NCBI GenBank assembly: GCA_037308085.1 | Contig: CP147779.1 | Coordinates: 1,984,001-2,048,000, forward strand | Direction of reading: 5' to 3' | DNA: 64,000 bases | From: Promethearchaeati archaeon SRVP18_Atabeyarchaeia-1 | GTDB taxonomy: Archaea; Asgardarchaeota; Atabeyarchaeia; Atabeyarchaeales; Atabeyarchaeaceae | Part shown: in pieces, positions 19,136 through 29,836 of the stretch | How the letters are laid out: each line of letters starts with the position of its first letter | How positions within the stretch are numbered: position 1 is the first letter of the stretch | Position numbers and translations under genes: made by a program | The notes under the pieces: model-generated | Database searches by the model: none | Told to the model about the DNA's origin: nothing | Seen by the model: only the letters and a program-made list of their open reading frames with translations

Positions 19136-20307
19136 CGTGAATTGCCCCTCCCGCTTGAATAGTGAACGAGAGCATCGCGCAACCGCCTGATCTCGTCCAC
19201 AGTTTTCTTTAGTGCTTCTGCATCGCTCTGTTCACCTATGGGAATTTTGTAGTCAGTCGCATCCTCGATCGGAAACAGAATTGGAACAGGCATCTCTCGT
19301 ACAGCAAAGAGATTGACATGCATGATCGTTGCTCCATGTGCCAGTTCTCCAAGTTGTCTTCGAAACACCTTATTCAGCGTGTCACTCCGCAGATAGTCGA
19401 AAAGGAACCCTGAACCAACCTCCTTTGATTTTATTACAAAGAAGTTATTTGAGGCAACTGCTGGAACATCCTCTTTTTTCACGGCCACCATTTTCTCAAA
19501 ATCAAAAATGTTTTGTAGCAGTATATCTCCTGGAGCCAAGATACTCTTTGGATTCTTTTCTGCCAGTGCTCGAGATACGAATACCGGCGCCTTCTGAATT
19601 CTCCCGTCTTTGATGTCGCGGGGTCTTATGAACCTGTACTCGCCTTTATCTGACAGATCGGTTGACGAGTAGTGGGCACCCGTGAAAACGTCGGCAAGAT
19701 CCTTCAGTTTCATTGACCAAGCTCCGTAGGAATACGTTGGCTTCTGCAGGCCAAGGTGTCTGAGAACACTCGGACTCGTGAGGAAGGGGTTAGTGGCGCT
19801 CAGACCTATGATCGCTGATCGCAGACCATCAATCATCTTCCAGTCTTTCTCGGTCAGCATGTGACATTCATCAAGGAAGACCACGTCAAAGAAATCAGGT
19901 GGCAGAGATGATGCCAATTTATGAAGATCACTGGGCAACGCCAAAAGGATTTGCATGCCAACGTGGCTCTCTTGCAGAGTGCTTCTTGCAGATCTTGCCA
20001 GGACAGTCACTCTGACACTCTGAAGCGAGCGTTTCGAGAACAACATGGAGAACTGGTCCAAGATCTCGTTTCTTGGCGCAACTAACAGGGCATGCTTGAT
20101 CTTCTGTTCCCCGAACAATCCCTCTAGTGCCTCAACAACGATTACCGAACGTCCTAACCCTGCGGCAATTGACAGGAGAATCTTTTCCTTCGAGATTGAT
20201 GCCTTCCTAACAACGTCTATGCAGAATTTCTGAAACCAAAAGAGCGTGATGCTTGCCAAGGTGTGCCGCCCCCTCACATGCGCAATCAACAATGAGTCTT
20301 CAGTCAT
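19132..20307 (-). CDS. Degenerate SF2 (ResIII-like) ATPase domain fused to an HsdS-type target recognition domain
   Basis: IAAGLGRS, LLVAPRNEILDQ, VFLDECH, GLSAT, followed by MKLKDLADVFTG...RFIRPRDI...GDILL...GATIMHVN...MPVP. Confidence 0.65.
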   Translation of the reverse strand: MTEDSLLIAHVRGRHTLASITLFWFQKFCIDVVRKASISKEKILLSIAAGLGRSVIVVEALEGLFGEQKIKHALLVAPRNEILDQFSMLFSKRSLQSVRVTVLARSARSTLQESHVGMQILLALPSDLHKLASSLPPDFFDVVFLDECHMLTEKDWKMIDGLRSAIIGLSATNPFLTSPSVLRHLGLQKPTYSYGAWSMKLKDLADVFTGAHYSSTDLSDKGEYRFIRPRDIKDGRIQKAPVFVSRALAEKNPKSILAPGDILLQNIFDFEKMVAVKKEDVPAVASNNFFVIKSKEVGSGFLFDYLRSDTLNKVFRRQLGELAHGATIMHVNLFAVREMPVPILFPIEDATDYKIPIGEQSDAEALKKTVDEIRRLRDALVHYSSGRGNSR

Positions 20308-20369
20308 GGAAATATAAAGGTTTGTTCCCTTTGGTTCGCAGATCGCGGCTGAACAACATCCTCGGCAGC

Positions 20370-20909
20370 CTAATGTCTTGCGTCAAGGAACCGCAGAATT
20401 TCTCCCACAATCGCGTCGAGATGGTCTGGATCTCTTATCTCGGTAATCACAGCCTTACCAGATGCAAAAAGCAGAACGGTAATCTCTGGTAGTTCAGCCA
20501 ACTTGCAGATCGCCCCGGGGAACTGCTCAGGCTCATAGACAACCTCACCAGACTTCTTGGCGAGCTCATTCAGATCCAGAGTCCTCCCGAAATCCACGGT
20601 CGCGACAGCATTCCTAACCCTCATACTAATAGGAACGAACTTGGCTAGGCCTGCTTCAGCGAGGATATGTATTGCTGACTCCAGATCGCTAGTCGCTTCC
20701 CTACTGCTTCTGGTTCCAACGCTGATCATCTTGCCGCTGGAAAAGATTGTTACTCTACCCTTCATGGCTGGAGCCTTCAGATACGCTACGCGCCCTCCAT
20801 AGTACATGTCATCGTGTAGGCCGTACTTCAGATCGCCAATCTTATCCAGATCCACATTCTGCTTCAATTCGGCTGTAGCAACTACATTGACAAGATTCGC
20901 TTCGACCAT
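20370..20909 (-). CDS. tbp: TATA-box-binding protein paralogue
   Basis: Two TBP repeats: NVVATA...IFSSGKMISVG and NAVATV...YEPEQFPGA...LLFASGKAVIT. Confidence 0.85.
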   Translation of the reverse strand: MVEANLVNVVATAELKQNVDLDKIGDLKYGLHDDMYYGGRVAYLKAPAMKGRVTIFSSGKMISVGTRSSREATSDLESAIHILAEAGLAKFVPISMRVRNAVATVDFGRTLDLNELAKKSGEVVYEPEQFPGAICKLAELPEITVLLFASGKAVITEIRDPDHLDAIVGEILRFLDARH

Positions 20910-20951
20910 ACGGCTTAGATCTCCTGAGTTTGAACGTGCGTAATGGTACTG

Positions 20952-21284
20952 TTAAGGGTTCAGAAGGGGTACTGAGAGGGCATCTTCGTGTTCGGCCAAG
21001 AGTCTCTTTCCGTCGTCGAACCTTGGGTAGATTGTCTCCACGATCTTCCAGTAGCTTTTCCCGTGCTTCTTGCTGATGGTGTGCGCTACTTCATGGGCAA
21101 TTACGTACTTGAGGGCGTTCTTCGGCAAGACGATTGCGTTGAGCTTCACTGGAACGCTTCTCCCGACAAGCTTGGCTATCCGCCCTTTCTTGCCGTCTAT
21201 TCTCTCAACAATATTGAGGCCCAAGGTTCCGCAGGCCTCAACTTTACTATGTTGGGTTAGATACATCTGATTATGGGCGCCCAA
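20952..21284 (-). CDS. YgjP/DUF45-like zinc metallopeptidase, C-terminal part (possibly a remnant)
   Basis: YVIAHEVAH...KHGKSYW. Confidence 0.6.
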   Translation of the reverse strand: MGAHNQMYLTQHSKVEACGTLGLNIVERIDGKKGRIAKLVGRSVPVKLNAIVLPKNALKYVIAHEVAHTISKKHGKSYWKIVETIYPRFDDGKRLLAEHEDALSVPLLNP

Positions 21285-21521
21285 GGCTCCCCAAAGAAGG
21301 TACTCATACCTATGAAACCCCAGCCTTGGTCACAGACATCCTCTATTCGAAAGTTCTATAGCTACCACCTTGGGCGCCTAATAACTTCGCAACTATTTGG
21401 CGCAAGACCCTGATTTTGGAGGCTGGACGACACTAGGGATAAATCCTGTTTCTGAACATGTATCTAGACGGAAAGCCGCAGCGGCGAAAATGTTGGCAGA
21501 GCGGTCTGCTGGTGAAAGGAT

Positions 21522-22403
21522 ATGGTTGAGCCGATTGCATATGATCATGTTTGGCAGAAGTTCGAGATAGAAATCTACAGGCTGGTCAAACAGAGTTTGA
21601 CAGGTAAATTCAAGGTAGACTGGCATTATGAGCTGGAAATGCCTACGCCAAACGGAATTGAGAAGTCGACACCAGATGTTCTTGCTTTAATACAGTGTCT
21701 AGGATGCGAGGACACAAAAGATTATTACCCGTGCCTGATTCCAGCCATCATTTTCGATGCTCACTGCGCTTTCAGAACTGAGGGAAAGTTCTTTGAGGAG
21801 AAGAATAAGCAGATGAAGAAGTACTCGCGGATATGTGACTCGATTCTCATAATGCCACAGGGATATGAACAAATGCCGTACTGCAAAAGCAAAGGTGGTG
21901 AGTACCACATAATCAGCAAACATTACTTATCTTTGCTCTTAGAATCTATCATGAGTGAGGCAAAGATAGGAAGGGAGGAAGATGTCTGTGGTGAGAGACC
22001 GACGTTTGACTCCACGAACGTTTATAGGCACTTCGAGCTCTCCATTCGCAAAAGAATCGACAGATGCCCAGCATGCAATTCGGAAGTCTTCCCGATCTCC
22101 TTGATATACTGCTCGAACAATAATGAATTCCTTCACCCAGACTTCCTAGACTATGAAGAAGTGAGGAATGGTGTGGTGATGCCCACGCACTGTGAATGCA
22201 AAGGCTGTGATGCTCATGAAATGCTTGATCAAAACTACGAAAACTGCGACTACTCAACCGTAGAGAGCAAGTACCAATGTAGAGAATGTGGCGCAGTTAT
22301 TGACTCTGACGTTCAAAGCATCATACAGAATTTCAGTCCGAGCCAAATTGATGAGATAGAGGATTTCCCTTATTATGAGGAACTGCACAAGAAGCACCAT
22401 TGA
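21522..22403 (+). CDS. Cys-rich hypothetical protein (nuclease-like N-terminus, several CxxC)
   Basis: FEIEI...TPDVL...IIFDAH; CLGC, CPAC, CKGC, CREC. Confidence 0.55.
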   Translation: MVEPIAYDHVWQKFEIEIYRLVKQSLTGKFKVDWHYELEMPTPNGIEKSTPDVLALIQCLGCEDTKDYYPCLIPAIIFDAHCAFRTEGKFFEEKNKQMKKYSRICDSILIMPQGYEQMPYCKSKGGEYHIISKHYLSLLLESIMSEAKIGREEDVCGERPTFDSTNVYRHFELSIRKRIDRCPACNSEVFPISLIYCSNNNEFLHPDFLDYEEVRNGVVMPTHCECKGCDAHEMLDQNYENCDYSTVESKYQCRECGAVIDSDVQSIIQNFSPSQIDEIEDFPYYEELHKKHH

Positions 22404-22625
22404 AGGACCTCTTCGTGGTCGCGCATCCTAGGTTTTCGCATTTTCGTTCTTCATCAGACCCTTTCATGATTCGATAGGAAGATCGAGCACCAAGCTTCCA
22501 GTGATGGGCATATTCCCAGAGCGAACCTTCACGGATGACTTGAGGGTGAGGGGATCAGCCATGATGCAATTCAAGATTAGACCGGATTCGTTCTGTGCGG
22601 ATAGAGTGGGTGCCCAGCGTCTCTG

Positions 22626-23970
22626 TCAGAGGCAGACGCTATTCTCCTGTGTATCGCTGTGAGATCCTCTGGAGGGCAGCTTCTTCTGAAAATCGTATAC
22701 CGTAACTAGGTAGTTTGGAGAAACCATCTTAGCAAGTCTCTCGCTTGTTCTCGGTTCAGTGTATCTGTCTAGAGCTTGGAAACCGAGTGCTGCAAGGATT
22801 CCTACGCCCGGCAGCGCAGATGCAAGCCCACCAATGAGTCCTATGAGCGCAGATACTCCATACGATATGAAGCCTCTCTTGTGGCTGATATTCCTCGCAT
22901 CTCTCCAGATGCTATCAAGGATAGTCGATAACTCATGGCTGTTCTTCTCGACTACGTCAATTCTCCTTCCTTTTACCCCGCTAGGGAGTGCTTCTGTAAC
23001 TCTAAGCAACTGGTGGTCTTCATAGTCTTGTATCATTCTGCAGCAACTCTCGAAGGTCGTTGGATAGTGAATCACTTTGTTTAACACGAATCTGCCTATC
23101 TCATACACACTATCATCCGGTGTCCTCAAGTGATGTCTACCCAGGGTCCTTCGCATACCAGCCAGGAATTCTAGCCTGTAGTTGACGGTCAGTTTAAGTG
23201 GATCGACCGCTGGATAGTACAGACACCCAACAGCGACAAGCAAATCTAGCGCGTGGGTCGGATCATCAACGATCGCTTCTGTTACTTCTTCGATCAGTTT
23301 CTTGCTTCCGAACGACTTGGCTAGACTGTAGTATACGCGGTAATTGTGGATGATTCTGTCGGGTGGATACCATTTGGCTTGCTCCGAGCGCTCTATTTCC
23401 TGCTGAAATCCCAGGCCTGCCAATGTGTCGAATTCAGCCTGCCAATGTGTCGAATTCAGTGAAGTATTGCTTGACTCGCTTGGGTTTGAGGAGTACAGCG
23501 AATGAAGTAGGGGCGATTGGAGGCTTCAGCTCTTCAAAAAGGGGTCTGAGAAATTCAAGACTCTGATATCTTGTTGGCCGTTGAGTAAGAACAAACTGCA
23601 GTCTACCCGTTTGTTTGACGAAATCAATCAGTCTGTCAAGATCCTTGGATGTAAAGCCCGTTTCGCGATAAAGGTTGTCAAAACTCCTCCTGTCATTAGT
23701 TGGCTCTAATTGAATGACTGTTGAACCGTAGAAGGGGATGACACCCCACATTGAGAGACCGATGTTAATCCCTGCCAAGTGCTCCCTTGCATTTATGAAT
23801 CTCGCTAAGGGCGGGTATCTCTCAATCATACCTTTCTTGGCTTTTACCAAGAATCTGTCTAACTCTTCCTTCTCTCTATTGTCATAATCCAGGAGGAAAT
23901 CGTTGAATTCATTCATTTCATTCACCAAATGCTCTCGTTGATTTGTCCTTGCTATCGGTAACTGCCTCAA
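22626..23970 (-). pseudogene. Hypothetical ~440-aa gene frameshifted by a 22-bp tandem duplication
   Basis: GCCTGCCAATGTGTCGAATTCA occurs at 23415-23436 and 23437-23458. Removing one copy joins ORFs 23434..23970 and 22626..23423. Confidence 0.75.
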
Positions 23971-24268
23971 CTATGATTCAAAGCAGACTGATATCTTTGC
24001 ATCATCTGCGACTTGGACGGGCATTATTCAAGCCCTTCCAGCCTCCTCTCCGATCTGGTGTTGCGACTTGCGTTCCATTTGCACGTCACAGATTGAGAAC
24101 CGCGTTAATCTTAATAAAGTGTTTCAAGATATGTCACTCCAGACTGCATAAAGGGAGGGTCTAAGCGCGTCAAGATAAGAGACGGCTAAAGGATCAGTTA
24201 TGGCCAGCATTTGAGCGAATAAAGCGACTATGTTTTGTTCAGTAAGAACTTGCCTGAGGTAGATCAAA

Positions 24269-26938
24269 GTGGCAGGGATTGATGAGGACACGACTCGAAG
24301 AGAACTGGTCGAAAGAGCGCTACGAGATGCAAGATGGCCAGTCCTGGACTACTCTGGGAGCAAGAGTTACCGTACCGCCGCCGTGAGAGAGTATGAGACC
24401 GCACACGGACCAGCCGATTATATCCTGTTCTATGAGAGCGAAGCTCTTGCAGCGGTAGAGGCGAAGCGACTTGGTCTGGGCCCTCAAAATGTACTATCTC
24501 AGGCTAAGAGGTACGCAAAAGGCTATCAAGGAGGAAGTTTCGTTTTTGGTGAATTCCATCTCCCATTCATCTATTCCACCAACGGAATAAAGTTCTGGTT
24601 CCAAGATCTGAGACAAGAGACATCACGGTCACGTGAGATCTCAAAGTTCCACACCCCACTTGCGCTCAAAGAAATGCTCAATAATGACAGCACAGCTGCA
24701 GCCGAGTGGCTTCAACAGAACCCCAACGACAATCCGTTCCTGAGACCCTACCAGCGAGAATCAATAGCGGCAATCGAGTACGCCGTCCGAATGGGAAAAC
24801 GGAAGATGCTACTTGCGATGGCCACAGGAACAGGGAAGACCTTCGTGGCAGTGTCACTGATCTATAGGCTACTCAAGTCGGGCTTCGCCAAGAGAATCCT
24901 GTTCCTTGTTGACAGGCGTGCACTTGCCGCACAGGCTGTCGGTGCGTTTGCAGCCTTTGAGCCTGAGCCGGGTCTGAAGTTCGACCGTATCTACGAAGTC
25001 TACAGCCAGAGATTCAGAAGAGAAGATCTGCTCGAAGAGTCAAGTAAGTTCGATATTAATGTCATCCCTAATGAGTACCTGACTGATCCAAAGCCACATC
25101 ACTCTTTTGTCTACATCTGCACAATACAGAGGATGATGATTAACCTGTTTGGGAAAGCTTCAGTCTTCGAGCAGACCTCAGGTGAGCTCGAGGACGAGAG
25201 CGACGCGGACATCCTCCCCGTACCCATTCACGCGTTTGACTTCATAGTCGCCGATGAATGCCACAGAGGCTACACCTCAACCGAGGAAGGCAAGTGGCGA
25301 GAGGTTCTCGAGCACTTTGATGCCATCAAAATCGGTCTAACAGCTACGCCAGCTGCGCACACGACGGCCTACTTCGAAGACATAGTCTACAGGTACGACT
25401 ACGAGAGAGCCGTCCGCGAAGGCTATCTCGTCGACTACGACGCTATAGATATCAAGTCAGACATCACGATGAAGGGTCTCTTCCTGAAAGAAGGCGAAGA
25501 AATAACTTACATAGACAGAACGTCGGGTGTATCATCGTATGATGTGTTGGAGGACGAGCGCACGTTCGAGACGAACGAATTAGAGCAAAAAGCAGCAGCA
25601 CCCGACAGAAACCGGAGAATAGTAAAAGAGGTCGCCACGTACATAAGAAAGCAGGAGGAGGAACTGGGGCGCTTCCCAAAGACCCTGGTTTTTGCAGTCA
25701 ACGACCTGCCACACGTTTCCCATGCTGACCAACTGGTCAATATACTCAGAGACGAATTCGGCAGGGGAGATGCATTCGTCGAGAAGATCACCGGGAGCCC
25801 AACCGTCGACAGACCATTACAGAGAATACGAGAATTCAGAAATAGACCGCTCCCCGCGGTAGCAGTAACCGTCGACATGCTGACGACGGGAGTCGACATA
25901 CCCAAACTCGAAAACCTGGTATTCCTTCGACCAGTCAAATCGCGTATCCTGTTCACGCAGATGCTTGGACGGGGCACAAGGAAGTGCCAAGACATCAATA
26001 AGACCCACTTCACCGTATATGACTGCTTCGATGGGACGCTGCTCGAATACTTCAGAAGAGCAACCGAGTTCACGGCAGACCCCCCAACCAAACCCACACG
26101 GGCCTGGCGTGAAATCATCGACAGCATATATGGAAACAAGGACCGACAATACAATGCCAAGGTCCTCATTAGGAGGCTCAGGAGGATTGAAAAAGACGTC
26201 TCGGCGGAAGGCAGGGAGATGTTCGCAAAGTTTATTCCGGATGGCGATGTCGGAAGCTTCGCGCAATCGCTTCCCGAACGACTCCAGACTGATTGGACTA
26301 ATACAATGCTGATGCTAAGAAACCCCGAATTTCAGAACCTGCTGGAGGACTATCCGCGGGCCGACAAAACATTCGTTGTCGCTCAAATGGCTCAAGACAC
26401 GGTGACTTCGGAATACATGTTCAGAACCAACGATGGAAAAGCACTGAAACCAGAGGACTACCTCATAGCATTCGAGAGATTTGTCAAAGAGAATCCCGAC
26501 CACATCGAAGCTCTAAGGCTTTTGCTCAACAAACCAAAGGATTTCGGGACTCGCGAGCTGAGCGACCTCAGAAAGAAGCTTGAGGCTCGACCCGAGCACT
26601 TCACAGAGGAAAACTTACGCAAAGCATATCATAACGAACTTGCAGACGTAATATCAATCATCCGACACGCGGCAGCGGGCGAGCCACTCCTAACAGCAGA
26701 GGAACGAGTGGATCGAGCAATCGCAAAGATCAAGGGCAACAAGAAATTCAACCCAGAACAAGAGAAGTGGCTTGAATTAGTTCGAAACCACTCAATCAGA
26801 GAACTACTCTTGGAGGAGCGAGACTTCAATCTGCTACCGTTCTCCAGACATGGAGGGTGGTACAAGGCAAACGCTGTATTTCAGGGTGAACTGATTGCGC
26901 TTATCCATGAGATCAATGCACAGGTGATAACTGCATGA
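24269..26938 (+). CDS. hsdR: Type I restriction enzyme R subunit
   Basis: ADY...VEAK nuclease, MATGTGKT, DECHRG, GLTATP, QMLGRGTR, EcoEI-like C-terminus. Confidence 0.93.
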   Translation: MAGIDEDTTRRELVERALRDARWPVLDYSGSKSYRTAAVREYETAHGPADYILFYESEALAAVEAKRLGLGPQNVLSQAKRYAKGYQGGSFVFGEFHLPFIYSTNGIKFWFQDLRQETSRSREISKFHTPLALKEMLNNDSTAAAEWLQQNPNDNPFLRPYQRESIAAIEYAVRMGKRKMLLAMATGTGKTFVAVSLIYRLLKSGFAKRILFLVDRRALAAQAVGAFAAFEPEPGLKFDRIYEVYSQRFRREDLLEESSKFDINVIPNEYLTDPKPHHSFVYICTIQRMMINLFGKASVFEQTSGELEDESDADILPVPIHAFDFIVADECHRGYTSTEEGKWREVLEHFDAIKIGLTATPAAHTTAYFEDIVYRYDYERAVREGYLVDYDAIDIKSDITMKGLFLKEGEEITYIDRTSGVSSYDVLEDERTFETNELEQKAAAPDRNRRIVKEVATYIRKQEEELGRFPKTLVFAVNDLPHVSHADQLVNILRDEFGRGDAFVEKITGSPTVDRPLQRIREFRNRPLPAVAVTVDMLTTGVDIPKLENLVFLRPVKSRILFTQMLGRGTRKCQDINKTHFTVYDCFDGTLLEYFRRATEFTADPPTKPTRAWREIIDSIYGNKDRQYNAKVLIRRLRRIEKDVSAEGREMFAKFIPDGDVGSFAQSLPERLQTDWTNTMLMLRNPEFQNLLEDYPRADKTFVVAQMAQDTVTSEYMFRTNDGKALKPEDYLIAFERFVKENPDHIEALRLLLNKPKDFGTRELSDLRKKLEARPEHFTEENLRKAYHNELADVISIIRHAAAGEPLLTAEERVDRAIAKIKGNKKFNPEQEKWLELVRNHSIRELLLEERDFNLLPFSRHGGWYKANAVFQGELIALIHEINAQVITA

Positions 26939-28347
26939 GCGAAGTCGTGACGAAACTATGGGGATTCTGCAACACCCTAAGGCACGACGGCATAGGATAC
27001 GGCGACTACATCGAACAGCTAACATACCTGCTCTTCCTGAAACTCGCCGGAGAGAAAGGAGTAAAACTCCCAGGAGGCTGCACATGGAAAGACCTCAGAG
27101 CAAAATCAGGATCAGAACTACTCGACGCCTATATCGAAATTCTGCGCACCCTCTCAAGACAGAAGGGGATGCTCAAAGACATTTTTTCCGGCTCATTGTC
27201 AAAATTCCGAGAACCAGTGAACCTCAAACGCTTAATCGGACTCATAGATGAAACACAATGGACCGCGCTAGATGTCGATATCAAGGCACAGGCGTACGAA
27301 GGGCTCCTCCAGAAATATGCCTCTGAAGAAAAGGGAGCTGGACAGTATTTCACCCCTCGAGAAGCTATAAGGTGTGTGATTCGTTGCATAAGGCCAGATA
27401 TCATGGAAAAACCAGACTTCTCAATACATGATCCCGCCTTGGGCACTGCGGGTTTCCTGATCGGCGCGTATGAATGGATGATGGCTGAGACAAAGGAGGG
27501 AGCCCAACTTAGCAGGGAGGAACGGGAGCGTCTGCAGAAACATACATTCTCTGGATGCGAAATAGTCCAAGATACTCGTAGACTGGGACTCATGAACCTT
27601 TATCTGCATGAAATCGAAGCAGACATCTACTATGGAGACGCTCTAGCTGAAGGCCCCCACCTGTCAAAACGACACGATTGCATAATGACGAACCCACCAT
27701 TCGGGACAAAGGGTGCAGGAGAAATCCCCGTCCGTGAAGATTTCACGGTCAAGACGTCGAACAAGCAAATTAACTTTCTTCAGCATGTCATCATATCTCT
27801 GAAGCCTGGCGGGAGGGCGGCGATTGTGCTGCCAGATAACGTCCTTTTTGAGGAACATGCCGGTAGGCAAGTGAGAAAGCTTCTTCTGGCTGATTGTGAA
27901 CTCCACACAATTCTTAGACTGCCGATAGGCACGTTCACACCCTATTCATCGGGCGTCAAAGCTAACATCTTGTTCTTCCGCAAAGGCTCACCTACAAAAG
28001 AGATCTGGATCTACGACCTTCGAACCAATACTGAAAAGGTAACGATACGACATTCGCTGACCGCGAACTACTTCATGGATTTTGAAGCATGCTACAGCAT
28101 GAATCCGCGTAAGGAAACTGAAAGGTTCAAGCGATTCAGAGTCGAAGACATAATCAATCGGAACTATAGTCTTGACATTTCATGGCTGAGAGATGCGACT
28201 TCTGAGGATCCAACGAATCTTCCTGATCCTGAAGACTTGATTGGCGAAGCTTTAACGACTCTTCAAGTAGCTGTGGACGCTCTGACAGAACTGACCGCTA
28301 ATCTTGGTAGGAATAGTGCTAAGAACAAGGTCGAAAGAAATGGATGA
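26935..28347 (+). CDS. hsdM: Type I R-M methyltransferase subunit
   Basis: GAGQYFTPR, DPALGTAGFL, TNPPFG. 4-nt overlap with hsdR. Confidence 0.95.
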   Translation: MSEVVTKLWGFCNTLRHDGIGYGDYIEQLTYLLFLKLAGEKGVKLPGGCTWKDLRAKSGSELLDAYIEILRTLSRQKGMLKDIFSGSLSKFREPVNLKRLIGLIDETQWTALDVDIKAQAYEGLLQKYASEEKGAGQYFTPREAIRCVIRCIRPDIMEKPDFSIHDPALGTAGFLIGAYEWMMAETKEGAQLSREERERLQKHTFSGCEIVQDTRRLGLMNLYLHEIEADIYYGDALAEGPHLSKRHDCIMTNPPFGTKGAGEIPVREDFTVKTSNKQINFLQHVIISLKPGGRAAIVLPDNVLFEEHAGRQVRKLLLADCELHTILRLPIGTFTPYSSGVKANILFFRKGSPTKEIWIYDLRTNTEKVTIRHSLTANYFMDFEACYSMNPRKETERFKRFRVEDIINRNYSLDISWLRDATSEDPTNLPDPEDLIGEALTTLQVAVDALTELTANLGRNSAKNKVERNG

Positions 28348-29836
28348 GATATCGGAGAGATTAACGGACGAGAAAAGCGGCTCAGTTGACTTGCCCAAAG
28401 GCTGGATTAGAGTTTCTTTGGGAGACTATGTTTTCATTGCAGCCAGAATCGGATGGAGAGGTTTGAAGAAGAGTGAATACCTAAAAGAAGGACCACTATT
28501 CCTGGCGGTCAAGGACATTCGAGAGGACGGAACAATAGACTGGGATGGTATCACAGACCATCTAAATGATTTCAGATATTCTGAGTCCCCGGAAATACAG
28601 TTGAAAGATCATGATGTACTTGTCACAAAGGATGGAACGATCGGGAAAATAGGTTTCCTAGAAAGCGTTCCCTCCAAGGCAACAGTGAATTCCTCCATTC
28701 TGGTTGTGCGACCTTGTCTAGGGATTTTGCCAAAATTCCTGTTCTACTATTTTAGGGGTCCAGAATTTCAGGATATAGTTGAAGAAAAGGTTACCGGCAC
28801 TGCAGTGCCACACTTGTTCCAACACGACATTAAGAGATTTCAGCTAAATGTACCTCCCTTCGTTGAGCAAAAACGAATAGTCGCCAAAATCGAAGAACTC
28901 TTCCAAGAACTCCGTTCATCGGAACAGGGAGTCTGCAAAGCTATGCTTCTGGTGAAGCGATTCCACCAGTGGGTTTTCGAAGCGGCAGTTGTTGGAGAAC
29001 TTACGGCGGAGTGGAGGGAAGCTCATAAGAGTGACTCTGAATCAGCATCAGTTCTTCTCGAGAAGATAAGGGAGAATCTGAAAAGTGGTCTCGGCTCAAG
29101 GCGCGCGGAAAAGCCTCTAAGAGAAATAGAGTTACCTCGGCTCCCGGAATGTTGGGCATGGACGACAGTAGGTGACATTTCAGAGATGGCTCAGTATGGA
29201 TATACCTCAAGTTCCAGCTCAGACCCCATTGGACCGAAGATGCTCAGAATAACGGATATCCAACACGATACTGTAGACTGGAGAGCTGTGCCATACTGCA
29301 GGATAGCAGATCAAGAGAAGCGGAAATTCCTGCTAGGCGAGGGGGATCTTGTTTTTGCGAGAACTGGGGCAACGGTCGGAAAGAGTTATCTCATTAAAGG
29401 CGAAATACCCGAGGCCATCTTCGCTTCGTACCTTATCAGAGTCGTAATTTCCCGTCTCATTAACAAGGAATTTGTCTACTATTTCTTCCATTCCGATATG
29501 TACTGGTCGCAGATACGAGCGAGGCAAGTAGGGACCGGTCAACCCAATGTGAATTCCCGGATGTTATCAGAAATAAACCTGCCCTTGCCGCCGCTTCCCG
29601 AGCAGCAGGAGGTGGTGCAGATGGTCAAAAGCTACCTGTCAATGGTCCAAGAAATTGAGAGGAACATTGGTCTCGCCCTTCAACACATAGAGAAAGCACG
29701 GAAAAGCATCCTGAAGAGTGCGTTTGAAGGCGGACTGGTTCCCCGTGACCCAAGTGATGAACCGGCTTCGATTCTATTGGAACGAATGAAGGCTAAACGT
29801 GCAGCCAGCAAAAAGAGGGATATTTCCTCGAAATGA
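28340..29836 (+). CDS. hsdS: Type I R-M specificity subunit
   Basis: Two TRDs (LPKGW..., LPECWAW...) with PPFVEQKRIVAKIEE and PPLPEQQEVV spacers. ATG 28340 overlaps the hsdM end. Confidence 0.93.
   Translation: MDEISERLTDEKSGSVDLPKGWIRVSLGDYVFIAARIGWRGLKKSEYLKEGPLFLAVKDIREDGTIDWDGITDHLNDFRYSESPEIQLKDHDVLVTKDGTIGKIGFLESVPSKATVNSSILVVRPCLGILPKFLFYYFRGPEFQDIVEEKVTGTAVPHLFQHDIKRFQLNVPPFVEQKRIVAKIEELFQELRSSEQGVCKAMLLVKRFHQWVFEAAVVGELTAEWREAHKSDSESASVLLEKIRENLKSGLGSRRAEKPLREIELPRLPECWAWTTVGDISEMAQYGYTSSSSSDPIGPKMLRITDIQHDTVDWRAVPYCRIADQEKRKFLLGEGDLVFARTGATVGKSYLIKGEIPEAIFASYLIRVVISRLINKEFVYYFFHSDMYWSQIRARQVGTGQPNVNSRMLSEINLPLPPLPEQQEVVQMVKSYLSMVQEIERNIGLALQHIEKARKSILKSAFEGGLVPRDPSDEPASILLERMKAKRAASKKRDISSK

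Noticed and set aside
24212-24239. TGAGCGAATAA-AGCGAC-TATG as a dif-like site before hsdR
   Set aside because: The right arm is out of register. Similar lone left-arm matches near 30093 and 31048 also lack a partner arm.
25507-26312. Antisense and alternate-frame ORFs inside hsdR and other long genes
   Set aside because: Shadow ORFs with no motifs, overlapping well-supported genes.
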